From Hydrolagus affinis (lineage: Eukaryota): 64,000 nucleotides of DNA. Where the stretch lies: assembly GCA_012026655.1 (NCBI GenBank), contig JAAILG010001290.1, positions 1 to 64,000 of the forward strand, written 5' to 3'. The position numbers and the translations under genes were made by a program. This document shows, piece by piece, positions 51,971 through 64,000 of this stretch (the stretch's first letter is position 1; each line of letters starts with the position of its first letter). The notes below the pieces were generated by a model. It worked only from the letters and a program-made list of their open reading frames with translations. It was not told the DNA's origin and searched no databases.

Positions 51971-52254
51971 CAGTGGTTCTCAACCTTTTTCAGTAATGTA
52001 CTCCTTGTTAATTATCCTTGGAGCCCCACCCAACCACATACACACACACCACCCTCCTCATTCCACTTGCATTTTATGACCAAGCTTTTCTTATATAACA
52101 AAATAACTAGCACATACAAAACGTGGGGAATAACAATTAAATGTACAATTTGGAAGGCTATAAAATGCTAAATAAATCAATGTACCGCCACCTGTACCCC
52201 CGGAAATAATTTTGTACCCCCTGGAGTACGTGAACCCCTGGTTGAGAACCTCTG
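51971..52254. mobile_element. Non-autonomous hAT (Charlie-like) DNA transposon
   Basis: TIRs cagtggttctcaacc / ggttgagaacctctg. Perfect 8-bp TSD tactagag at 51963-51970 and 52255-52262. Subterminal gtacccc repeats. Confidence 0.92.
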
Positions 52255-52706
52255 TACTAGAGCACAGCTCTCCACCTAGCCCCTGATTATAATAGCTAAC
52301 ACTTTGCAAGCTTTTTCTCTTTTTTTGTGGTGACTTCAGGCTTGTGACTTGACTTGTGATGAGATAATGGCCAGTGTGGATCAAGTTTATATGAAAGATT
52401 TACATTTATAAATATTTGCATCTAAACCATATGAGTGTGAACTGCAAGACCGAAAACAAAGTAGTTTAGTATTCGACAGTTTTCAGTACTTGATGGTCTC
52501 CAGTCCTGTTTATATGGTCCCCTCTTAGCACATCAATAACAATGCATTTTGCTTCTTCCTTTGAAGTCGAGAAATACACACACACACACAGCCAGGCCAT
52601 GCAGTTGCAATATGTGTCAGCTGTGGTTTATTTGGAAATAAATATGTTTATGTTTCACAACACATAACTGGCATCTGCAAATGTATTAATGCCATTAACT
52701 GTAGTA

Positions 52707-53365
52707 CAGTTAAACCTCACCGAACGCGTCTTTCTCGATTGCGAATTCAACTATACGCAAAGAAAAAAGCGACACTTTTTTGCATAAAGCGCGTGAAACT
52801 TGCATATATGCATTGGCTGGCCCCGCGCACATGCGCACTTGGGAGGTCAAGCTTGGTGATGGAACCCGTAATGGAAAGGAGTCTGAAATTTAAAACAGGT
52901 CTGGATGGCCTCTTAGGACCTTACAGTGAGCTTGTGAAAGACTTTTGGTGGAAGGCAAAACCACGGAAAATCACTTCTTTCTTTCAACCTGCACGTTTGT
53001 CTCAACAGGCATCCAATGAAAACTTACCTGCTGCTGCATCTTCTCGGCCATCCATTTCTGCCTCTCCCCAAGCATCCGCTACGATGGAGTTTGAGGCCGA
53101 TGATTCCTTGGCCTCGGACTGTTATGAGAGCGTGGAGAGCGATGAGAGCGGGGAGAGAGACGAGAGCGGGGAGATTGGGCCAACCGGCTGTGGCCCACCT
53201 CAGTACGTACCTTGCATTGGTCGGGTGTGGATGTGCCTGGAGGCTTGACGTGGGTAGCCTGTGGCTGGATTCCCCTAACCCCCCTTTTCCCATTACTTGT
53301 TAAGCTTACCAAACGCGATTTTACCGAGTGTGCAGTTTTCCAGGAACGTAAGCGAGGGTTAACTG
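52707..53365 (+). mobile_element. Internally deleted Tigger/pogo-like (Tc1/mariner) DNA transposon with a transposase C-terminal remnant
   Basis: TA|cagttaaacctc ... gagggttaactg|TA. Internal frame MEPVMERSLKFKTGLDGLLGPYSELVKDFWWKAKPRKITSFFQP resembles Tigger transposase C-termini. No DDE domain is present. Confidence 0.85.
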
Positions 53366-54019
53366 TATATTGAAAGGCAATATATGCAGTCTGACATTTT
53401 TCAATTTGATGTAACTTTTCCTTTAATCTCTTCTCCAAAGGGTGTGGACAGGTGAGGAGACATGAGTCGGAAATTTATGTTACATTTGCTGAGTAATTTA
53501 CAGACGCTAACGTCTGACAATGGCTGAATCATGCAGCTCACTCAGTGAGGATAAGCTCTATCTTCACAATGTCTGGTTGCTACTATGTTGTTCAGTGTAA
53601 TTGAGATTGGTACACAACATAGTGTTGCAATTTTACACCAAATCATCGGACCTTTACCTAGCTGTGCGACAATTTTCTGGAAGTTGTTTTCTGTGTTTTC
53701 AGAGAGGTGTTTTTCCATTTTTATTAAAAATATTCTAGAAAGAGCATGAAAGGACATTAAGGTAACAGCTTACACATGGTTACAGAGAGGCTTGTTTGAT
53801 TGAAGGTGAGAGCAGAGATTGATTTTTTTCATTTTCTCACCACACACTCTGTGAGCGCGCATACCATGTACTAGGTCAGGCTATTGTACATCAATTTTAG
53901 GTCATTTTCTCCCCCGCATCTATACTGTGATGATTTCATCTTCCATTAACACTGAAATGCAATCCTTGCAATTGGAAAGTGTAGAAAATCATTCATTTTC
54001 ATTCTTTCTTTCGGTTGGC

Positions 54020-54448
54020 AAACTTTCAGCTACTTTGCTCTTGCCCTCTGGAACAAATCCCAAGGTCCCTCTGTCCTACCCTAGCCATCTACTTTAAACA
54101 CATCTACAGACTTGTCTCCTTCACTGTGCTTTTAGTTATCTACTTGGCACTTCCCTTCTCTGCAAACTTCTCTTACACTTCTCAGCTCACTCATCTCCAC
54201 CATCAGTGGCTGTGGTTTCAATTCCTACACCCCAAACGTCTGGAACTCCCTCTCTCTACCACTTTGGCTCATCCCTTCACTTACTGCATTTAGGTCCACC
54301 TTAAATCCTACCTCTTCGAACACAAATGTAGCCACCTCCAATTCTTCCCCTCCCCAACTTGTGCATTGTCCAATCCTGTCCCAAAAAGCACTCAGACATT
54401 GCCCTCCATGAAGGGTGCTAGAGTATATAAATACCAGTTGTTGTTGTA
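54020..54448 (+). mobile_element. Old L2 LINE 3' fragment
   Basis: gtctggaactccctc...tttaggtccaccttaaatcctacctcttcgaa and tail atgaagggtgcta...tataaataccagttgttgttg. Confidence 0.75.
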
Positions 54449-55904
54449 GTTTCCTTCCTCAGGCACCCACTTTGTCTTTGTGAAGTACTTTGAGATTCTA
54501 GGTGGAAATGTTATATAGGTCTGAGTTGTGTGTGTGTGTGTCTTTCTCACTCTCTCTCCCCATTTCTCTTCCAGGTGCCCTTAGTGTGTAAGCAACTCTG
54601 TGATCTTATCATTCTGATGGGCCTGTTATTAAATAGTATTGTACTGTACTCTCATTCCTGTTTAAAATGACAAAAATCATCCTCTCTGCAGTCTGCATTC
54701 TCCACTGGCATGATTGAATATTAGATATCATGCAGAACAATTAAGACAGAGTGTAAATCTCATAAATATGGCTGGATTTACTGCCTACTTCAGAGAACAT
54801 GAGAAACTGAAAAGAGCTAACTGCTTTTTTGTATCACAGTCTTCACTGCGCTGTTTTTAATGAAATGCTCAGTGGAGTATGTACTTCCGATTAAGATAGC
54901 TTACAGTCAAAGAAAGCAGTGAAGCGTCCGCTTTTGATCAGCACCATGATTCCTACTGAGAGCCCAGCAGGTTTCTATTAAATATATTTAGCGCCTTTCA
55001 TGCAGTAGAACATTTGTGACGAAAGTGACTATATTTGTTATGTTTATATAATAATCTTGCCGAACATAGATGAGTTGTGCATTCTCCAAATAATACTTAT
55101 GTCAATGTTTGTCACATCAGCATTTCATTTCAAAGACTACCATGATCTGTCTGGTATTTATAGTGAACTAATTTTGTGCTGTTACAAGGGCACATTGAAA
55201 CCTTCAATTCACGTAGTCATTTGCGTATGATTTTTACAAGTTGTTTTTCTTCTATTCTGAATGAATTTACTAAAGCCAGCATTCTTCAGGAGTATGCAGC
55301 TGTGAACTGGTTGACACTGTGGCTAATGGCATGTGGTTCATATGGAAAAGAGATATTGTCAATTGTAGACACTAATTAATGCTTTTGGGAAGGGACGATA
55401 AAAAAAATTGTTGGAAAAGGTGGTGCATTTGTTGTCAGTCAACAGGAGGCAATCTGGCATCTGATACATAAAGTTCCTCTAAAGAGTGAAGCTTGATGGA
55501 GAACTCTTTGGGAAATGCTTCTCCTATTTCCTGAGCTAATCAGAGTTCAGGTATGTAGATTGGCAACTTTCCTGTAACATTTGAAATACAGTAATTGAGG
55601 AGATAAAAGTTTTTTTTATTACCTTTCAAATTAGGTTTCAATTTAACTTGATAAAGATTACATATTTGTTAAAAGGTCAAGTATCTGTTTCTGATTTCAT
55701 ACCTCTGAATATTTTTCATTCTTAAATATAGCTAGATCTTGAAACAAGATTGTACAAATGTTACTTTTTATTAGATCTCTATTCACACAGAGGCTGCTTC
55801 AGCCAATGAAGAGACTTGATGGATTATTTCGGAAATTACTCAGCCGCATGACTAGGTAGAAACGTTTGGAATTTTCAAAGTAGATTCAAGTGTTCTGAAA
55901 TGCA

Positions 55905-56545
55905 AAACCCAGCCATACAGACAGAAAGGTTGCAGATCCAAATCCTGTGCTGAGCTAACTAATCTCAGTCAGCGTACTATTTGGGGAATTGTACCTCTGG
56001 ATTCAGGAAGGGGAAATTAGACAGGATTGTCTAGAGACCTGATAAAAGGTGTGTGTTCACATCTGCTGGAGACAGAACTGGGCTCAACTGTAATTCTCCA
56101 TCACCTCGACCACTGTCATAACCTGTCAAGTCATACATGTGAATAATACCACCTGATTTGTGTGAATAAATTGTGTGGAGTCCTGTATCTTAGTGGTTAA
56201 AGCACTTGCGTCTCAAGCGAGAGACCTGGGTTCCAGGCGGGACAAAACTTTGGGCAAGTTTCCTTACTCCACACGCCTAATAATAATCCTTTTGAAAAAA
56301 AAATGAAGAATTGGTCATTTTCAATCCACGACTGTTTGTGGACCACTGCTGTGCGCAATTGCCTGTCATGTTTCATGGACAAATACAAAGTCAATTCACT
56401 TTACAGTATATTCTATGAAGTGCTTTGAGATCACTAGAAGATCTGAAAAGCTCTATATCAAATGCAAGATCATTATTATTATTATTAATAACCACTTGTG
56501 TCTGACACCCTTGGAACCTTACCCCATCAGAACCAAAAATGCATC
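55905..56545 (+). mobile_element. Ancient SINE family C (AmnSINE2-like by recall), split by a younger SINE
   Basis: agccatacagacagaaaggttgcagatccaaatcctgtgctgagctaactaatctcag...ggaaggggaaattagacagg, resuming after 56484 with accacttgtg...cccttggaaccttacccca. Confidence 0.55.
56177..56484 (+). mobile_element. tRNA-derived SINE, family A, full length
   Basis: ggagtcctgtatcttagtggttaaagcacttgcg...gagacctgggttcc, ttgggcaagtttccttactccacacgcc, tail ctatatcaaatgcaagatc(att)n. Confidence 0.9.
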
Positions 56546-57157
56546 ATAAAACTTGAAGAAGAGAGGAGTAAAATTCTGAAGAAGATGAAGAAGAACTGGC
56601 TCTTCTGAAGTCTTTGGATGGTGGCCTACTTTTGTTAAATGTTATCTATGATTTAGGCCATCTGAATATCATGAAAAAAGTAACGTGGACATCAAACCAC
56701 CCCCTACCTCCCCCGTGAGCTCAAAAGCATTTATCTTTATCCAAGATAGAAGTGCAGATTTTAATGTTGCTCAAAACTATTCTGTTTGATGTCGTTGGCT
56801 GTAATTTGCATGCATCATTCCAACTACTTTGAATAAACATGTTAATGTCATAACCAGCTTCTCAAGTAACTACCTTCTCTCAGAAAAGTTTTTTTTCCCC
56901 CCCCACCCCATCTGTGCTGAATTAATCTGGAAACTACTCAATCTTGAACTGTAAGGGAGTGCACACTATAATTGCAGTTGGGCCTCACTACTGGTAAAAA
57001 CACTGGTGAGAAAGCAAAGTACACCACAGGTTTTGTCTGCCCTAGGGCGAAATGGAAGTTGGTCAATGCGAAAGGTTCTTGTTACATAATTTGATGGATA
57101 AAGTCAACTTTGCTTGGTCATCTCTTTTTCCTCATCTACCTGTGTCCACCCCCCCGA

Positions 57158-57535
57158 CCTTGGTGATACCATCCACTGCTAATGTTTCCCTTCTATAGGT
57201 ACACGGATGACTCTCCACTTTTCTGTCTCCATCCTTGACTCAGGATGTTCTGACAGATGGCTTGTGAGACATCAGATATTGGATGAGCTTTAACATTCTC
57301 CAACTTAATGTCAACAAAACTGAGATCCATAATTGGCACTCCCTGTCTCTCCCTACTTTATCTTGCCTCCTATCTTTCCCTTCTTAAAAAAAACTGCCTT
57401 CTGACATTTTCCTCCCCACCTCACCATCTCCCCTTTCTCCCCCCTCGCTTACCCTGTCTGATTCTATCTTTGTGAAGTGGTCTGAGGTGCTATTCTATGG
57501 GAATGGCATGATACAGATGCAAATGGTTATTGATT
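57158..57535 (+). mobile_element. Old L2 reverse-transcriptase fragment joined to a tail (internal deletion)
   Basis: tataggtacacggatgactctccactt translates to YRYTDDSPL (YADD motif). gacatcagatattggatgagctttaacattctccaacttaatgtcaacaaaactgag translates to DIRYWMSFNILQLNVNKTE. Confidence 0.8.
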
Positions 57536-58107
57536 TACACTTGAGTGGATACACAAGAATTGACATTGGGCTCTGGGAAGCTTGGGGGCTCTTTATAACA
57601 TGCCCACTCAATAACTGGTTTGAGTAAATTTTGACAGTAGAGGCTCAATGTAGACCATCTGTCCTTCCTTCAGGTATTTTACATTGGTTACAATACTGGC
57701 TCCAGGAAATTAATGGATTTGCATGCATTTCTCCATGGAATTCTATAAATATATTTTATCGGTTGTTTAAATGAAGCAGTGAATGATTTGCAGCTGAGTA
57801 GTTTATTCCCAAAAACACTCAAACGGAAACTATTGTTTTGTACAAATATATATTTTTAAAAAGTCACTTTGTCTGTCCTCTTTCCGTTGGTCTCTCTGGG
57901 CAATGCAGCTATAGCTTGAGCATAGGCAAGCTACCTGATCCAAATGTACTGTATTGTTAGTAGAAGCTGCATAATTGGAAAAGTGTCTTTGTTGTACTAT
58001 CTGTACTGTCTGTACTCTGTACTCTTAAGGTTTTGTGGAAATAAAATAAAAGCAGTGGCATTGAATGGAATACATTCAGTTGTACATTCTGATAAGGCAA
58101 AAACTTG

Positions 58108-58541
58108 CCAGGATGGTACCAGGAGTTAAGAGACTAGAGTTATCAGGAGAGGCTAGAGAAGCTAGGAATATTCTCTTTGGAGCAGATTAGGTTAAGAGGA
58201 GACTTTATAGAAATTTTCAAAATTATCAGGGGATTCGATAGGGTGAACAAGGAGAAACTATTTCCACTGGAATGGGTTGGTAACCCGAGGACACTGATTT
58301 AAGATAGTTGTTAAAAAATACAGAGTAAGTGAGGAGAAATTTTTTCACGCAACAAGTTGTTTAGGTCAGGAATGTATCGCCTGAAAGGGTAGTGGAAACT
58401 GATTCAATAACAACTTTTAGGAGGGAAGTACTGTAGATTGTTATTTGGGGAGGACAGGTTTGCAGGGCTATGGGGAGAGAGCCATCACAGACACAATGGG
58501 CTGAATGATCTCCTTCCGTGCTGTATGATTCTATGATTCTA
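58108..58541 (+). mobile_element. CR1 LINE 3' fragment
   Basis: SYQERLEKLGIFSLEQIRLRGDFIEIFKIIRGFDRVNKEKLFPL (CR1 ORF2 end) and terminal tatgattctatgattcta repeat. Confidence 0.92.
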
Positions 58542-60013
58542 GTTATGTGAATGACTCTCAACTTGTGCAGTGAAGATAGCCCAGCCATTTAATCTCAAAG
58601 CATTGTGTGTGGAGCTAAACTATTACAACAGTGTCTGATGATAACAGTTGTGTTTTTAGGAAGTCTAATATGAATGATCAGCCATGTACAGTGTGTATAT
58701 TAATTGCATGAGTTGGATGTGGAGGACGATTCGAATGCAACAATTGTGTTTTGGCAGTCTCTGTATTTTTTTCATTCCTCCAGATGGGAAAGGAGCTATA
58801 CAAATGTAATTTTGTTGTTGTGTCCTGGAGTGACTGAGATTGGTGTCACAGGCTTGGAATACCCCTGTGAATAACAACAATGGTAACTGTTTGTAACTCT
58901 GCTGTTCACAGACAATTTGATTGGAATTTGGGTTGAAAAAATTTATTTTTGTGGTTTTTACAGACATGAATGATCAAGTTATTAGTGGTGTCCTTACACG
59001 CAACACTACAGCCAAATTATGTTGATTATGAAACTTCCAGTTTGTTTTTGACCATTAACTCAGTTCAAACTTATAAAGATATTATCCAAAATGTAAATAT
59101 TTTTGTGTTGGCATGGAAAGAAACAAATAATTTTTTTTGTCAGTCAAGTGATTCCTCTTTGATCTTAATTCTTTTACCGCTACAGTACTATTTATTTTCA
59201 GTGATTATCTCCATGATGATTTCTATTTACAGAACAAACACTGCTCATGGGGTGAAGGTACATCAATACTTTATGTCCCCGTCAGCAAAGTTTAATTGCT
59301 ATTGGATGCAAGCGGGTCTTCTTTTCACATTAATTTTATGCATTGATTTCACTTTTGAGAGTAATAGCTTCAGTGCAAGTGGGCTTGGGCAGTATTTTTA
59401 TTAACAAGATCAGAACATGAAACATCTTAGCTAAGCAGGAGGTCTCATTGAGGGAAAATACAGATTTATTACTTTATTAATGTAACTAGAGAAGATTGTT
59501 TGCACAGATTTCAAATTGATTCTGGAATTTTGTAAATGAGGGCAAACAGTTTTGCGCCCAAATATTCTTAATTTTTGAACAATTTGCTTCATTTCTTTGG
59601 AGATACTTCAAGCACTGGCTGCTATCTGTACTTAATGAGGATTCTGTGCGGGCATGCAAGGAGAATCGCAAGCAAGCTGCCTCTTCCATACAAATAAGCA
59701 GACACTGAGCAAACTGAAGTTGTGGAATTCTTTTGGAGAAGAATGCTTAAAAACAGTGCAGTGAAATATGCATTTATGGGCCTGTACTTACATGTATAAA
59801 TGAGTTTAGAGCAAACTACTTTGAATATTTATATCTAAAAGGATGCTTTTGTACTTTGGAGGAAGTTGCATAGTTTGGATAGGTTTCAGATACTTAGTTG
59901 AATGTCCAAGCCACTCATTAGTTCATGCTTATGAACATAAGCTAACAAGTCTACTCTGCTGGATATAAGTGAACTTTATTTATTTAGGAAACTATTTGGG
60001 ATAATAGTCCTTC

Positions 60014-60113
60014 NNNNNNNNNNNNNNNNNNNNNNNNNNNNNNNNNNNNNNNNNNNNNNNNNNNNNNNNNNNNNNNNNNNNNNNNNNNNNNNNNNNNNNN
60101 NNNNNNNNNNNNN
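60014..60113. other. Assembly gap (100 N)
   Basis: Run of exactly 100 N, a common placeholder for a gap of unknown size. Confidence 0.98.
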
Positions 60114-60203
60114 GGCTTTGCAATGCAGCATTTATACTCCCCACCATACATTACTTTAAATTGGGACCAAAATAATTATAAAATGCAGTTTTTGCAATTA
60201 ATT

Positions 60204-60261
60204 GGTGGGATGTGGGGGGGAGGTGGGGTGGGGGTTGTGGGATGGGGGGATGGGGGGATGG
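60204..60261 (+). repeat. G-rich low-complexity tract, potential G-quadruplex
   Basis: ggtgggatgtgggggggaggtggggtgggggttgtgggatgggggga...; at least six runs of three or more G. Confidence 0.7.
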
Positions 60262-60473
60262 ATTGTACAAAGGCACATTGCAGAGTGACAGAGTATGCTT
60301 TATCACCACTCACTCAAAAGTAGCATTGCACAGCTTGAGAAGTAGTTTTGATGTGAATGGGCTATAGACAAATGGGAGGGATTAAAGATCATTTGAAGAA
60401 TGTATGTTAACAATTTAATTTATAGCATTTTATCTCAGTGAACTGACATCAGTTGTGAGATATTATGTCTCTC

Positions 60474-60527
60474 TATATAGATATATAGATATATATATGT
60501 ATATATATATCTACATACTGTATATAC
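60474..60527. repeat. (TA)n-type simple repeat
   Basis: tatatagatatatagatatatatatgtatatatatatctac. Confidence 0.85.
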
Positions 60528-62084
60528 TCTCAACAAAAATGAACAACTTGCTCAGTCAGTGCAAATCATTTCTTAATAAGGGTAAAAATTAAACATGCTG
60601 GCATCTAAAGCATGATTTTTTAAGCTTTTTGATCTAAAGAGTCCAAGTTGAGAGTCCTTCTGTTGACCAGAAATCTATCTCAGGGACTTGTGTTAATTGG
60701 AATGTGATTCAAAAGTAGATTGCATTGGAGGAAATTCAGGAGAGCAGGTATCATGTACATCTGAAATCCTTAAATAAGGAATCCCATTTGAAATGGCTAT
60801 TTTTGATGTTTACTTTCAGGAGTCAGTACAGGAAATCTTGACATATTTTTGATTTGCTGATTGAAAATCCAGATCCCATGTTCTACAATCTAAGAGCATC
60901 ATAGGAAACGTTATTTTGAAGGTTTGCTAGAACACGTGTCAAAAAATGTTTGGCTGAGGTCATTTGTTGTCAATATCCTGTGAGGTGCTTGGAGGCTTAA
61001 TGGTACTACACAGCGCGGTTCATTAAAGTTGTGTTTCACTAAAGCAGCGTGAAGCTAACAGTGTGCCAACATGCAGTCGTGTAGTAGCAGAGCTTTGCCA
61101 GCCCCCAGTAGGAAGCATCCAATCCAGCCTTAATGATCCGAGGTAAGCAGATAGCTGAGTATTGTATGCTTTTGCCAAAAATTCATCTGAAAAGCTTTGA
61201 AGGAAGAGTCGAGAAGAAATAAAATGCTTCTGAAGTTTTATATCTGCATGTGTGGCCCTGAACATGCTGATTTTCTTTATGTGCACTTTAGAAGACTATA
61301 CTGGGGAGTCTTGGCTGATCCATGAAGAAACTTCAGTTGGATGTGAGCAATACTTTTAGGATGAATGTGTTCAGGTTTATCACTGACTTGATCATTGTCC
61401 AATACTCAAAACAAACCATGGCATAGAAACCCGATTATAACTGAATGCCAACTTTACTTGGCTCTACCACTGACCAAGTGTCTGTTTCATTCACGTCACA
61501 TTGCTGGACACTTTGCAAAGGAATACTGTTGCATGCGTTCTTTTCCCATCGATAAATACATTTGCTGCCCAGACAATTTCCCCAAAGGTGATGCGAAACG
61601 CAATATTGATGTCTCAAATGAATACAGCCATTCAGTGCAAGCACGCTTTAAAAAGAGGTCACCTTAGAGGAAATTGTGGAAAAAAACTGTAGGTATTTCA
61701 CCAATGCACGGGTGTAACATGAGCCCAAATATTCCGAATTCTCTTCCCTTTGCTCTTTTCAATATCCCCTTAAGGAAGCTTTGTAACTTGACCGATTCTT
61801 TTTGAAAAAAAATAACTTCTTGTATAGATTTAGACACATCTAGTTAAAGCAAGCTGAACAATGAATGTTACATTCCTCTACTGTGCTCGGGTGTGTTGCT
61901 CACTTTTTGTTCTCAGGGTGCTTCTCTTTAGTGGGTGAAAAGTGAGTCTGTTATACAACGTACACTTGTGGAACACCTTCAGCTCTCTTTTACTGTTCTT
62001 TCACAAGGAAGATTTTTCCAAGGAATACACTGTACGATTCCGTGGCTGCACATAGCTTAACACAAATCAATGCAGCAACTACAA

Positions 62085-62370
62085 GATTATGTCATGGAGG
62101 CACTGTGATTGACCTCAGTGACCTTGAATTAGGAAAACAATTGCAAGGGGCGTGGATACCCCTATCACTCTCCAGTGACCCGTGGTAGTAAGTGCACTTG
62201 TGTGGCTATTGGTTGTGGACATGATCATGCTTGGCTGTGATCCCTCGCCAGTGGGAGACCACTAGCATTTACATTCCAGATTCAAGATTGGCAGTGGGGG
62301 GTGGGGGAGTAGGCAGGCGGTTGTGAGATACTGAGTTCCACTAATGCCCATAGAGCTATATTCTACAGCC
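62085..62370 (+). mobile_element. Ancient SINE family C (AmnSINE2-like by recall)
   Basis: gattgacctcagtgaccttgaattagg...tcactctccagtgacccgtggtagtaagtgcacttgtgtgg...ggacatgatcatgcttggctgtgatccc, homologous to the 55905 and 38170 copies. Confidence 0.6.
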
Positions 62371-64000
62371 AGAAGGTTTTTATTTATATAGAGCCCTTCA
62401 CAAAGAGAGGACATCTCAAAGGACTTTATACTGCTGGTTGGCTGTGCACTTGAACTTGGCAGATAGGGGAAAGGAGAGGGTACGAACCTACTTATTTGAA
62501 GTAAAATCTAACCTGATTGTGTCTAATGAAGCAACTGCAAGAGATGTATAAGTGTAGTTCACTTGTAAACTGTCAAGTCAGTAAGCATCACGTAATCCAA
62601 TAGTTATGCCATGTTTGTGATTACAGTGCAAGGCCACTTCACACAAGGCGAAGAGCAGCAAGGAGCAATTATAGCATGCATTACAATTTGCAGATATCAG
62701 TAATGGATCATTCTTGAGAATTTCACCCTACTAGACTGAGATGAGGTTTCTCTTCATTTTGACCAGGAATGTTGATTACACCAGCTAAGTAAATGATGTG
62801 GTGAACAAAGTATTCCAGTGCCTTCACATCCAATGTGGCCTGCGCTGCCTATTTAACTCAAGTGAAACTGATTTGCTGTTAGATACTGTTCCAAATCTGA
62901 TTAGAGCGAGCATTGAATTAGATCACTCTATTCCCACAATCTGTGAAGTTGTCACAGAGTAGCATCTACTAGACCAGTGCCCACATTGCTATTCAAACAC
63001 AGTTTATCAGCCTAAGAACAGGCTAATTCATAGAGTGATAGATTTTCTAGATGTTGAATGTCCTAGTGAACATAATTTGGTAACGCAGACCATTTTTGAT
63101 CCTGATAGTGTACAGAACTTCCTCCTTTAGTGACATGTTCTCCACTTGCTACATGAATTAGCCAAGTGACAAAACTGGGTGAACATGAAAGTGAAAGAAC
63201 TGTACAGGAATTGGAAAGGACATCACTGGAACAACAATTCAGTAGATTGTTAGGATGGCTGAGAATATTTTGCATCCATTTGTTGCTTAATTTTGAACCA
63301 TTCAACACACACAATCATTCATCTTTACAGTAAACCCTGTAAAGAGACTTTCTCCTAACATGGTATTCTCCTATATCAAATGCAAGGATTTTTTGTTGCT
63401 AAATATCTGAAATAGAAATATATGAAAGGCTATGGGGAAAAGGAAGGAGAATGACACTAAATGAATTGGCCGAATGGTCTTGTGTGCTATAAATCTCTGG
63501 TTCTGTGCGTAAGCAGATTTAGTAATGCTGTCTGTTGCGACACATAAAGCAGACTTGTAACCTATTACAGACACTTTTAATCAGTATTTTTAATGTAGAG
63601 AAATTTGTTGATGGAGGAGTTTTACTCACTGACCTTTTTTATTTCATCTGATTTCAATCCAGTTTTGAGAAATTTTAGAAACAGCCTGCATCAGTAATTT
63701 GGTAATCTGCAATTCATTTGCTGAAGGTCATTCTAATATAAAATAAACACATCTGAAGCTTGGTGTGTGTTTGTGGTGTGGGGTTTATGAAATTTCTCCA
63801 GCCTTGAAAGTAAATCATATCTTGTGTGTGAAAATTATGATGTAGGCCCTCATAGGATCTTAATGCACTTTGCCTTCGGTTGGGGTGAATGGGGGGAGGA
63901 ATGCGCTTCCTTTGTGCTTATGGTGAGTGAAAATCCCGAAATTCCACAATCAGATGAGATGTAGGAGGAAGAGTGTGGTCATGGCATTGAAACTTTCAAA

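Noticed and set aside
52739-53438. 169-aa ORF and antisense ORFs as cellular genes
   Set aside because: They lie mostly between the Tigger-like TIRs. Only a transposase C-terminal remnant is recognisable.
58970-59404. 144-aa hydrophobic ORF as a membrane protein
   Set aside because: Its composition follows from T-rich DNA. No motif or supporting splice structure.
1-64000. CRISPR array, operon or other prokaryotic/viral system
   Set aside because: No regularly spaced direct repeats, no long ORFs and no gene-dense organisation. The content is vertebrate retroposon-rich non-coding DNA.

Overview
AT-rich, CpG-depleted, non-coding vertebrate DNA, either a long intron or intergenic. The repeat set points to a cartilaginous fish, plausibly a chimaera (inference from recalled repeat families, not a database match). 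I found no recognisable protein-coding exon, rRNA, true tRNA gene or CRISPR array. The listed ORFs are chance ORFs or transposon remnants. The window holds L2 and CR1 LINE 3' fragments, at least three tRNA-derived SINE families, three clustered DNA transposons (hAT and Tigger/pogo-like) and a 100-N assembly gap. The most notable structure is a ~104-bp Penelope-like unit whose 5' end is a minimal hammerhead-ribozyme motif. It occurs as a TSD-flanked monomer (44674-44777), as a TSD-flanked head-to-head palindrome (32237-32476) nested inside an older 43-bp inverted-repeat pair, and as a decayed relic (~3.8-4.0 kb). Family names come from recalled consensus similarity. Boundaries of old repeats are approximate.
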